From the IMG/VR virus record IMGVR_UViG_3300029903_000001: DNA of 64,000 nucleotides, one strand, 5' to 3'. This stretch comes from an uncultured virus (IMG/VR IMGVR_UViG_3300029903_000001). Lineage: Duplodnaviria > Heunggongvirae > Uroviricota > Caudoviricetes. The notes under the pieces were generated by a model. It was given only the letters and a program-made list of their open reading frames with translations, was not told the DNA's origin and made no database searches. A program made the position numbers and the translations under genes. Below, piece by piece: positions 9,613-18,474 of this stretch (its first letter is position 1; each line of letters starts with the position of its first letter).

Positions 9613-11736
9613 ATGGCCGATGCCGCTACAGCCGATCCACCGCCCGCCATCGCCGATCTGGCGGGTGGCGATGACAAATCCATGGCGGGGCTGGTGTCGA
9701 GCCTCGCCCAGATCGACCGCCGGAAGCTCAAGAAAGACACCGAGATCACTGCGGAGTCCGACGCGCAACAGGCCAAGGACAAGGTGCAGCGCGACCAGGC
9801 GTTCGCCCTGGAGGGGGTTGCCGCGAGCGAGTTGCCGAAGCCGTGGGACGCCGACAAGGAGCACAAGAAGTGGGAGAGCAACCCGATCGAGGGGTTCGGG
9901 TCGATGGGCGGCCTGTTCGCCATGGTCGCGAGCGCGTTCACCAAGGCGCCGATGGAGAACGCCATCAACGGCATGGCCGGCGCCATCAATGCGATCAAGG
10001 ACGGCAACGAGGCCAATTACCAGCGGGCGTTCGACGCGTTCAAGACCAACGTCAAGTTGGCCGATCAGCGGTTCAAGATGCAGCACGAGGTTTACACTGA
10101 CGCTTTGCAGCTGAGTTCAGTGGACATGGCGGCGTCGGATGCCAAGCTACGCAATGCTGCGGTCCGGTTCGGTGACCAGCACGCGTTGACACTCATCGAG
10201 CACGGCATGTCCAAGGAAATTTACGAGTTGATCACGGCGCGGGCCAATGCCAACGAGCAGATGGTCAAGTCGGCAGAGGCCATTGACCTGCACACGGTTC
10301 AGAAAGCGGCGGTTGATGCCATCAAGAAGAACCCGCCGATGACGGGCGACCCTGTGCAGGACAAGATGCAACTCGCGGCGCAGGTGCAGCGCGTCTACGA
10401 CGGCGGGGGCAAGTATGGTACTGCCGAGCAGGAAGCTGTCGGGCGGTACGTGCAGGCGCATCTGAAGGACCCGCCCGACAAGTTCGTCGACGGGCTGATC
10501 GACATCCACCAGCAGTTCAGTGTCAAGGCGCCCAACATCCAAGGCTATCAGGACGCGCGGCAGGCGGCGATGGATGCCAACGGCGGCACGATATCGGCCG
10601 ACGAAGACGCGGCGTTGCTGGCGAAATTTGGTCTCACGGCTACGCGGGCGGGGGGTGCGGGCGGGCGCTCAACTGAGAACAATGTTGTTGCCGAAGAGAT
10701 CAAGCGGCGTACTGCCGAATACGTTGCTTCGGGGATGAGCCAGGCGGAAGCGTTCGACAAGGCCACGCGCGAGGTGAAGACCGCGGAGCGGAAGCCGGAC
10801 CAGCCGAAATCGGTGACCGAGAACAACGTCATTGCCGCGGAGATTCAGAAGCGAGCAGCAGATTACATTGCTGGCGGCATGGACCCGCATGCTGCGTTCG
10901 ACAAGGCGCTGCAGGAGATCAAGGCAGCGTCTGCCAAACCGGGATCGACCGGAGGGCTCCCGAAGAACAGCTCGCAGCTTAAAATAGCCGAGATGCAGGA
11001 GATCAAGGACGCGGCTGCCAAGGAAGGCAGAACCCTGTCTACTTCCGAAGCCGAAGACAAATGGGCCGAGCACCAGGCCAAGATCAAGATGGAGACGGCT
11101 ACGATCACCGGTAACAAGGCCGATGATCTGCTGCGCAAGCGCGACCTTGCAACCGAGATGATCGCCGACTCGAACAAGAACATCGATTTCCTGCAGACTC
11201 ACAAGTGGCCGGCGGGTGTGCTCGGCAAGGTGATGCGCGGCGAGGAACTTGTCGGCAACATCGCCGGCACCACGGACACGGAGCGCAAGGATTTCTATCG
11301 GCGTGTGCACGAGATGTCGATGATCGCGCCGCAGTTGCTCGCCGACCAGACTGGGCGCCCGCTCAAGGCGATGCAGGACGAAGTGCGCAGCGTGGTCGCG
11401 GGACTGGAAGCCGGCGACACCGGGCCGAACACCATCAGTGCTTACAGGAGTCTGATCGAGCGCCTTGAAAAACGTCAAGCCGACTGGAACACCCGGCTTA
11501 CTAAAAGCCCGGCGGAAAATGCGCGCGAGGGCGGGGCACCGTCGGCGCCCGCGACGGAGAAAAGCGGTAAAAGACCCCTGTGGGAAAGCGCCCCTATAGA
11601 TCCCTCAGCGCCGGGCAAGGGATCTAGTGCGTCGGAACCGCCACCGGTCGAAGGTGCCCGGAAAGCGCCCGACGGCAACTGGTACGTGGACGACCCTGAC
11701 CGCCCCGGAAAATTTCTAAAAGTGATGGTATCATAG
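9613..11736 (+). CDS. Internal virion (ejection) protein
   Basis: 707 aa helical; duplicated TENNV..AFDKA module; C-terminal 'GARKAPDGNWYV' motif. Confidence 0.6.
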   Translation: MADAATADPPPAIADLAGGDDKSMAGLVSSLAQIDRRKLKKDTEITAESDAQQAKDKVQRDQAFALEGVAASELPKPWDADKEHKKWESNPIEGFGSMGGLFAMVASAFTKAPMENAINGMAGAINAIKDGNEANYQRAFDAFKTNVKLADQRFKMQHEVYTDALQLSSVDMAASDAKLRNAAVRFGDQHALTLIEHGMSKEIYELITARANANEQMVKSAEAIDLHTVQKAAVDAIKKNPPMTGDPVQDKMQLAAQVQRVYDGGGKYGTAEQEAVGRYVQAHLKDPPDKFVDGLIDIHQQFSVKAPNIQGYQDARQAAMDANGGTISADEDAALLAKFGLTATRAGGAGGRSTENNVVAEEIKRRTAEYVASGMSQAEAFDKATREVKTAERKPDQPKSVTENNVIAAEIQKRAADYIAGGMDPHAAFDKALQEIKAASAKPGSTGGLPKNSSQLKIAEMQEIKDAAAKEGRTLSTSEAEDKWAEHQAKIKMETATITGNKADDLLRKRDLATEMIADSNKNIDFLQTHKWPAGVLGKVMRGEELVGNIAGTTDTERKDFYRRVHEMSMIAPQLLADQTGRPLKAMQDEVRSVVAGLEAGDTGPNTISAYRSLIERLEKRQADWNTRLTKSPAENAREGGAPSAPATEKSGKRPLWESAPIDPSAPGKGSSASEPPPVEGARKAPDGNWYVDDPDRPGKFLKVMVS

Positions 11737-11737
11737 T

Positions 11738-12334
11738 ATGCCGGAACTTGTGCCCGTTGACCACAACCCGTTCGCTCCCATGCCGAAGCTGCTCAAGGTG
11801 GACAGCCTTCCTACGGGGTCGCCGCTGGGTTTGGAGATGACGGGTGCGGGAGTTCCGACCAAGGCAGCGGCTAAACCCGACTTGGTGCCTGTGGAGCATA
11901 ACCCGTTCATGGAAAAGCTCTCCCGCGAGGTAGCGTTTCAGCGCGATGGCAACGTTCGACGATTTGGTGAAAATCGCATTGATGACAATGATGAACGGCC
12001 AGTTCTGGATCAAAACGAAAGCCTATATAGATTCAAGACTGGTAACAAAGAAGGGCATATAATTATTGAGCCGCAGGAAAACGACAAACACTTACATGTT
12101 CGTTGGATTGGCTCCGGCGAAGATTCGGGTAAACCTAATTCCATGGGGCTTAGCGCTATCCGAGGATTACGCGAAGCTATTATGAATGAGTTTACTCAGG
12201 CAGAAACGATTGGCGGTGCATTAACAGCTGGTGCTAGAGGATCATTAGAAAAGCAAGTAGATGTTCGAATTCCATTAAAGGAACGCATCCGCGGATTGGT
12301 CCCCGTCGAGCACAACCCCTTCAAAGGCACCTGA
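11738..12334 (+). CDS. Hypothetical protein with three LVPV(D/E)HNPF motifs and a low-GC core
   Basis: Motifs near 11747, 11882 and 12296; AT-rich DNA between the second and third. Confidence 0.65.
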   Translation: MPELVPVDHNPFAPMPKLLKVDSLPTGSPLGLEMTGAGVPTKAAAKPDLVPVEHNPFMEKLSREVAFQRDGNVRRFGENRIDDNDERPVLDQNESLYRFKTGNKEGHIIIEPQENDKHLHVRWIGSGEDSGKPNSMGLSAIRGLREAIMNEFTQAETIGGALTAGARGSLEKQVDVRIPLKERIRGLVPVEHNPFKGT

Positions 12335-15300
12335 TGTCCGACACTGATACCGGCATCGACTCGGCAACCATGGTAACCGGCGACCCGGCGTCCGGACTCT
12401 ACATGGAGCAAGGCCGTCAGGTCCTGCGCCCCGAGTTGCCGAAAGTAGCCAGCGACGACGACTACCTGAAACTGCCGCACGGCAAAGCGTTCATCGGCCC
12501 GGACGGGCAGACGCACTACAAGCCGATCCGGGCGGGCAGGGAAGGTGACCAGGACTACATCGCGCTGGAGGAGGGCGAGCGCTTCGCCGATCCGCAAGGC
12601 AACATGCGGACCAAGCCCCGGTACGAGGGCGTCGACTTCAGCGCTCAGGCCCTCTACGACATCGCCCACTCCGACAAGGGGCGGAAGAAAGCGCTGGAGA
12701 AGTTCTATCCGGGCAAGGTGCAGGAGGACCCAAACGGCGGCTTCTACATCGAGGACGAAGGCGGCAAGCTGCGGAAGCCGGGGCGGGGCCTGACCAGGTT
12801 CACCGGCGGTGCCGCGGCCGAAACCATCCCCCTGATCCTGTCGACCGGCGGCAGCGTGGTCGGTGGCGCGGCCGGCAGCGCGTTTGCACCGGGGCCCGGC
12901 ACGGTCGCTGGTGGCGCCGCGGGCGGCGCCTATGGCGGCTACATGGGTTCCCGCATCAACGACATCTTCTCGCAGCTGGCGGGCGTCTATGACGAGGAGG
13001 GGGCGACCCGGGATGCGGTCGTCAGCGGCGCCGCCGGTGCAGCGGGTGACCTCGGCGGGCGCGCATTGTCCGCGGCGTTGCCGGCAGCCAAGGAAGGCGC
13101 GACGCTGATCGGCCGGGGTGCGGCCAAGACGACCGCCAAGTTCCTAGGCGCTAATCCGGAGAAAATAGAGACGGCATTGCCGATCGCCGAGGCGGGGGAG
13201 CACGAAGGATCAGGGATTACCGGTATGCTGGGATTTCGCGCCCCCGGTACTGCGGTGTCGCCATCGGCCATTTTTGAAAAAGCCCCACACATCACCAACG
13301 TCAGCGAAGTGCTCGAACAGGCGTTCGACAAGTCCAACACCTTCCAGGCGAACGCCGAGAAGTTCATGGACAAGCGCGCTCGTGACATCATGGCCAACAA
13401 GGACATCGGCAGTATCGTCGAGGATTCCTTTGTTAATCCCAAGGCGGCGGTGTCGACCGAGGAAGCGGGCTCGCTGCTCAAAGAGTCGGCGCGGCTGCGC
13501 GCGATCGACCAGTCCGCCGAGGCCGACCGGCAGCTGGCGGAAGCGCTTGCCAACCGGCGCGCGGCGGTCGAAGCCAAGCACGCACCTGACATCGAGGCGC
13601 ATCGGGCGCGCAACGACAGCGTGGTCAAGACCGCGGAACAGGCCAAGTCAGCAGCTGACAACCTGGTCAACGAGGGTTTTCAGGCGATCGAGAAGCAGGC
13701 CAACGATGCCATCCGGGTGGCGCAGGTCGGCCACAACGCCGGCGACCTCTGGCGCACCGTGGCGGAAAGCTTTGTCGGCCTGCGCAAGAGCATCGGCGCG
13801 CGCGCCAGCAAGATGTACGAGGACGCCGAGACGGCATCCGGCGGGTTGGTGCCCTCGGGGTCGAACGGGTTGTCGCGGCCGGCGCAACAGCTGATCGCCG
13901 AGCTACCCGAAAGCTTCGAGTCGCTGCACCCGTCGATCGTCAAGAAGCTGCGCGACATGGCGGGGCTGAAGGACCCCAAGACCGGAGAGTGGGTCAAAGA
14001 GCCGGTCGATGCGACATGGGTGCAGCTGCACAATCTGCGCTCCCAGATCCGCCAGGACATCAAGTGGAACGACCTGCCATCCGACATCGAGAACGGCACG
14101 CTGAAGTTCCTGGACGGCAAGATCGGCGAGGTGCTGCATCCGGTCGAAGAAGCCGCGCACCCGGACATCAAGCGCGCGTCTCAGCTCCTGAAGATGGCTG
14201 ACGCTTTTTACCGCGAGAACATGGGTCCGCTGAACAACCAGCAGATCAAGGCGCTGGTCAAGGCGCTCGACAGCGGGTTGCAGGCCGATCCCAAGGCATT
14301 GCTCAAGGCGACTATCCGAGAGGGCAAGACCGAGGTTGCCAATACCATCAAGAAAACCGTCGGCCCGCAAACGTGGGACGCGATGCGCGCGGCCGACGTG
14401 CAGGACATGCTGTCCTCGTCCAAGTTGCTGGATGGCTCGATCGATGGCCTGAAGTTCGCCAAGCAGGTCGAGGACCGCTTCCAGAACGGCGTGCTCGGCG
14501 TGCTGCACGGCAGCCAGGGCGAGGCGCGGTTGATCCAGCAGGCCAAGTACATCCAGCAGCTGCGCGGCAAGCTGCCGATCACGGCCAAGCCGGGCGACAC
14601 CGCCAACGACATCATCCTGCGCGCCCGTGCCGCGGCGGAAGACGCCGACAAGTTATCCAGGACCGACCCGCTCAAGGCCATGCACAACGAGATGCGGAAG
14701 ATCGAAGGGAAAGTTAAATTAGAACTCGCTGCGACCCGCAAGCCCGACCTGCTGGCCTTTCTCAACGAGAGCACCGTCGGCGCCAACAAGGCGGCCGACC
14801 GCATTCTTGGTGACCCCGACCTGATTGTGGCGGCCAGTCGTGCCTTCCCAGGTGGCGAGAATTCACCCGAATTCCAGCTCCTGCGGCAGGTCTGGACCGA
14901 GCGGTTCTTGCGCCAAGGCATGGACGTCGCAGAGGGGCTGGGCGCGACCTCCAAGGAAGTACAGGAACTAATGTGGCCGGGGGTGTCGATGGACGATATG
15001 CACATGCTGGCCAAGGAGATGAAGCTTTTGACCAGTGGGGATACGGTCAGCGCCCGGACGGGGGGCCGAAGCGGCGGGGACATGTCGGCCGGCATGATGA
15101 CCCGTGCGGCAGTCGAACACCCGCAAGGACAGGCCAAGGCGCTTGGAGAAATAACCGGCCCGATGAAGTGGGTACTGAGCGCTCCCGTGCTGCGCTCCAT
15201 GCTTTCGACTTATTTCACCGGGGTGCGCAAGCTGGCCACCTCCCCCTCGACCTTGCGCTGGCTCCGGAAGGGGCTAACATCACGGGATCCGCAGGCCAAA

Positions 15301-15402
15301 GAGGCGGCGCGCGCCGAGTTGCGGGCGGCTTTGCAACGCGGCGGGGCGGTCGGGGCCGGGATCGGCCAGGGCATCAACCAGTGGGCGGGAGGCGACCAAT
15401 GA
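12334..15402 (+). CDS. Large internal virion / DNA transfer protein
   Basis: 1022 aa; Gly-rich hydrophobic segment followed by a long helical region. Confidence 0.65.
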   Translation: MSDTDTGIDSATMVTGDPASGLYMEQGRQVLRPELPKVASDDDYLKLPHGKAFIGPDGQTHYKPIRAGREGDQDYIALEEGERFADPQGNMRTKPRYEGVDFSAQALYDIAHSDKGRKKALEKFYPGKVQEDPNGGFYIEDEGGKLRKPGRGLTRFTGGAAAETIPLILSTGGSVVGGAAGSAFAPGPGTVAGGAAGGAYGGYMGSRINDIFSQLAGVYDEEGATRDAVVSGAAGAAGDLGGRALSAALPAAKEGATLIGRGAAKTTAKFLGANPEKIETALPIAEAGEHEGSGITGMLGFRAPGTAVSPSAIFEKAPHITNVSEVLEQAFDKSNTFQANAEKFMDKRARDIMANKDIGSIVEDSFVNPKAAVSTEEAGSLLKESARLRAIDQSAEADRQLAEALANRRAAVEAKHAPDIEAHRARNDSVVKTAEQAKSAADNLVNEGFQAIEKQANDAIRVAQVGHNAGDLWRTVAESFVGLRKSIGARASKMYEDAETASGGLVPSGSNGLSRPAQQLIAELPESFESLHPSIVKKLRDMAGLKDPKTGEWVKEPVDATWVQLHNLRSQIRQDIKWNDLPSDIENGTLKFLDGKIGEVLHPVEEAAHPDIKRASQLLKMADAFYRENMGPLNNQQIKALVKALDSGLQADPKALLKATIREGKTEVANTIKKTVGPQTWDAMRAADVQDMLSSSKLLDGSIDGLKFAKQVEDRFQNGVLGVLHGSQGEARLIQQAKYIQQLRGKLPITAKPGDTANDIILRARAAAEDADKLSRTDPLKAMHNEMRKIEGKVKLELAATRKPDLLAFLNESTVGANKAADRILGDPDLIVAASRAFPGGENSPEFQLLRQVWTERFLRQGMDVAEGLGATSKEVQELMWPGVSMDDMHMLAKEMKLLTSGDTVSARTGGRSGGDMSAGMMTRAAVEHPQGQAKALGEITGPMKWVLSAPVLRSMLSTYFTGVRKLATSPSTLRWLRKGLTSRDPQAKEAARAELRAALQRGGAVGAGIGQGINQWAGGDQ

Positions 15403-15482
15403 CAAGTTGCACGACGTCATAAACGAAAAGGCACAACAAAAACGCTACATAAGAACCTAGTAGTAGCCACATCCACAGTTCC

Positions 15483-15755
15483 ATGGGGGTTCTCCTTCAC
15501 AAACATAATAGTGCGTTTGTACTACAAAGTAAAGGACTAAAGTTGACCGACTTCCTGACCGAGTACGAGGCACTGGCCGGCGAGCTGGCGCAAGCGGCGC
15601 GCGCCGACGCCATCGGGTTCGGCGACAAGATCGACGCGCTGAAGGCGCTGACGCCATTCTACGTCTACAAGATGAAGAACATGAAGCCGGTCGACGACAC
15701 ACCGGACCTGACGTTCGATCACTTCCAGCGCACCATCCACGCCACGGAGAACTAA
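15483..15755 (+). CDS. Hypothetical protein (start uncertain; possibly TTG near 15543)
   Basis: Phage-like codon usage from about 15543; AAGGA upstream of that codon. Confidence 0.5.
   Translation: MGVLLHKHNSAFVLQSKGLKLTDFLTEYEALAGELAQAARADAIGFGDKIDALKALTPFYVYKMKNMKPVDDTPDLTFDHFQRTIHATEN
15516..15528. promoter_or_regulatory. Palindromic operator-like site TTTGTACTACAAA
   Basis: Perfect palindrome around a central C in an AT-rich patch; related copies at 43530, 46658, 47512 and 51949. Confidence 0.55.
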
Positions 15756-16006
15756 CCATGATGGAGTTTGTTTGCGACACTTGCCCTACATGGTTTCCGT
15801 TTGAAGGCGACCAGAACGCCGCGTGGCAATCGGCTGTGGCTGCTGGCTGGCGCAATAGACGCTGGGGTGATTTTGGCCTCGGTACAGGGTCTTGGGCGCA
15901 CGGGTGCCCTGCGTGCGTCGCCGACGGAAATTACGCAGCCAGATGCGCTCGTGTGGAGGCAAAATACGCATCTCCCGAACGCACCATCCACGCCACGGAG
16001 AACTAA
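15729..16006 (+). repeat. 27-bp direct repeat CGCACCATCCACGCCACGGAGAACTAA at 15729-15755 and 15980-16006
   Basis: Exact repeat; both ORFs end RTIHATEN-stop; contains GGAG RBS. Confidence 0.9.
15758..16006 (+). CDS. Small Cys-containing (zinc-finger-like) inserted gene
   Basis: CDTC and CPAC motifs; bounded by the 27-bp repeat. Confidence 0.55.
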   Translation: MMEFVCDTCPTWFPFEGDQNAAWQSAVAAGWRNRRWGDFGLGTGSWAHGCPACVADGNYAARCARVEAKYASPERTIHATEN

Positions 16007-16288
16007 ATGGTCAAGGAAAACCCGGGGTTCGAGGTTATTGGCGGCACCGATGTAGCGCCGGCGCCGCAAGCCGCCAGCGCCGTCCACATCGCCATGCTGA
16101 CGATCGCCCTCAAGGCGCTCAGCCAGCGGGCACTGGTGGCGGCGACCGACCTGTTCTCGCTTCTGACAATTGCATCGGCGTTTTGGCTATGGTGGTCGAT
16201 CCCCGCGCCGAACGACAGGCAGATCGTTTCGCTATCGATCTATGCGGCCATGATCCTGGCGATCAATGTCATCGTGAGGCGGAAATGA
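16007..16288 (+). CDS. Small membrane protein
   Basis: 93 aa with two C-terminal hydrophobic segments. Confidence 0.6.
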   Translation: MVKENPGFEVIGGTDVAPAPQAASAVHIAMLTIALKALSQRALVAATDLFSLLTIASAFWLWWSIPAPNDRQIVSLSIYAAMILAINVIVRRK

Positions 16289-16620
16289 GAGTTTTTCTCG
16301 CGCTCCTCGCCCTGCTGTGGGCTACGGCGGCCGGCGCACAACAGCTCAAGAGCGGGCAGTACCAGTCGGCCGGCGCCGGCCAGATGGGGCTGGCGATCGT
16401 CACCAACACCCAGCTTACGGTGCCGAACGGCGCCATCTGCGCGTACATCACCGTGGAGACGGCGAGCATCCGGCGCACCAGCGACGGCACCTCGGCATCG
16501 ACCACCAACGGCACCCTGTTCGCTTCCGGCGCCCAGTGGACCGACTGCGGCCCGCTCGCGTCCTACAAGTTCACCGCAGTGTCCGGGTCGCCGACGCTCG
16601 ACGTGGAATATTTCAAGTGA
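16285..16620 (+). CDS. Small beta-rich protein with Sec-type signal peptide
   Basis: MRVFLALLALLWATAAGA-QQ; ATG overlaps previous stop. Confidence 0.6.
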   Translation: MRVFLALLALLWATAAGAQQLKSGQYQSAGAGQMGLAIVTNTQLTVPNGAICAYITVETASIRRTSDGTSASTTNGTLFASGAQWTDCGPLASYKFTAVSGSPTLDVEYFK

Positions 16621-18467
16621 AGCGTCGCAGTTTTTTGAGCGGGGTTGGTGCGAGCGCCGTACTGGCGCGCGAGGCACTGGCTCAATCAGTGGGATGCCAG
16701 AACAATGGGTTTTGTCCGGGAGTACAATGGCCGAGTTTTGGACCAGTTCCCGGCAGCAGTGTAAGCCCTGGTGGAGTAGCGTCTCCAGCGCTATGGCTTC
16801 AAGGGGTGAACTACAACGCAACCACGGGCATCTGGACAGACAGTTCTGGTAACGGCGTCAATTTCAACAATAACGCTTTTCCGGCGTTCAAGCCGACGCT
16901 GACGGCAGGTGCCGCGAACGGTAATCCCGCAGTTACATTCAATGGAACCAATCAGTTCCTCGTTGGAAACTTTGGTTTTTCTGCAAATTATTTTACTGCC
17001 TTCATCGTGGGGCGCCAGACTGTAGCGGTTGATTACCCCATCTGGATTTCGGAATACGTCGATCAATCCACTAACGGCAATGTTGGACTTTGCTGCGACA
17101 CTGTGGCCAACAGCAACGCGTATGGCATGGCATCCGTCGGCTTCGGCGTTACGAGCACCACCCTCTTACCGACACTAAATCAGTTCGATATTACCACGTG
17201 GTCCTCGGTCGGCACACCAAACGCTCATCAGCTTGATTCTACGGGGACCAACGTCGGTCTAATAGAAATCATCGTCAAACGTAACGGAGGTTTAGGGGTA
17301 ACTTCCGGTATCGGCCGATCTGGCTACTCTATGACTTCACCAGGACTCTCCTGCATCAGCGGCGCTAAAGGTGGCGTGCAGAATTGGTTGCACGGTCAGA
17401 TCGCGGAGATCATCTTTTATAATCGATTGCTATCCAGTTGGGAAATAGCTCAGGTCGAAACATACCTTGGAACGAAATACAACATAACACTGACATTACC
17501 GACCAGAATTGCGTGCGACGCGTACACCAATTGGACAGCCCGCGCCACGCCCGCCATCGCGCTAGGTACTGCGGGGCAGTTTGACGTTAATGCGCTCACT
17601 GGTCCATCGGCTGTTTATAGCGGCGGAACCTACTACGTCACCTACGTAGGATTAAATGGTTCTAATCAAAACTCGATAGGGATAGCTTCCGGTTCTTCGC
17701 CGACGAGTTTGACAAAGTATTCCGGCAATCCGATTCTGAGCGGCAGTGGTGGCTCAAATTGGGATGGTGGGTATGTGTCAGGAGATCGTCTGTACAAAGA
17801 CCCAGTTTCTGGCAACTGGTATCTGCTCTACTTCGGTTCGCAGTTCGCCGGTTTTGAGAGTTCGCCCGCTTCGATTGGCATAGCAGGGCCATCTGCATCT
17901 CCGTTCGGTCCCTGGACCAATGCGGCAGCGCCTATTCTTTCTCCAGGAACGTCTGGAGCATGGGATGACAGTATTCTTTACCGCCCGTTCGTGATCTATC
18001 TAAGCGGCACCTACTATTTGTATTATAACGCTCGTAAAGTTTCTGATAGCTTGGAACGGATAGGTTACGCTACCGCAACGAGCCTCCTCGGGCCATGGAC
18101 GAAATATGCTGGCAACCCGGTTGTCATTCCAAGCGCTACGGGGACGGACACGATCCGCGACGGCGATCCTTATATTATTCAGCCGAACGGTACGTCGAAC
18201 TACATAATGTTTTTCTTCGGCTCGACCAATTCGTCGTTCGGTGAAGAGTATCTGGCGTCTTCGCCAGATTTGATCAACTGGACAAAATACTCAAGCTCGA
18301 CGCAGACACTCTACATGCGCAACACCGGGTTTCCGAATTTGGTGCGCATGTCACCAATCTGGCCTAGTGTGACGCCGGGGACGCTTGAGGCGTTTTGTGA
18401 TGCCGGTGGCGGGACTGACGGGGCCGGCGCGCAAATCTACTATATGACGCTTCCGTTTGGATTTTGA
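16617..18467 (+). CDS. Tat-signal protein with LamG/ConA-like domain and GH43/GH32-like five-bladed beta-propeller
   Basis: GTG start, KRRSFL twin-Arg motif; 'GQIAEIIFYNRLLS' LamG motif; repeated 'TKYxGNP' and 'WD' blade motifs; lower GC than neighbours. Confidence 0.65.
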   Translation: MKRRSFLSGVGASAVLAREALAQSVGCQNNGFCPGVQWPSFGPVPGSSVSPGGVASPALWLQGVNYNATTGIWTDSSGNGVNFNNNAFPAFKPTLTAGAANGNPAVTFNGTNQFLVGNFGFSANYFTAFIVGRQTVAVDYPIWISEYVDQSTNGNVGLCCDTVANSNAYGMASVGFGVTSTTLLPTLNQFDITTWSSVGTPNAHQLDSTGTNVGLIEIIVKRNGGLGVTSGIGRSGYSMTSPGLSCISGAKGGVQNWLHGQIAEIIFYNRLLSSWEIAQVETYLGTKYNITLTLPTRIACDAYTNWTARATPAIALGTAGQFDVNALTGPSAVYSGGTYYVTYVGLNGSNQNSIGIASGSSPTSLTKYSGNPILSGSGGSNWDGGYVSGDRLYKDPVSGNWYLLYFGSQFAGFESSPASIGIAGPSASPFGPWTNAAAPILSPGTSGAWDDSILYRPFVIYLSGTYYLYYNARKVSDSLERIGYATATSLLGPWTKYAGNPVVIPSATGTDTIRDGDPYIIQPNGTSNYIMFFFGSTNSSFGEEYLASSPDLINWTKYSSSTQTLYMRNTGFPNLVRMSPIWPSVTPGTLEAFCDAGGGTDGAGAQIYYMTLPFGF

Positions 18468-18474
18468 GGCTACA

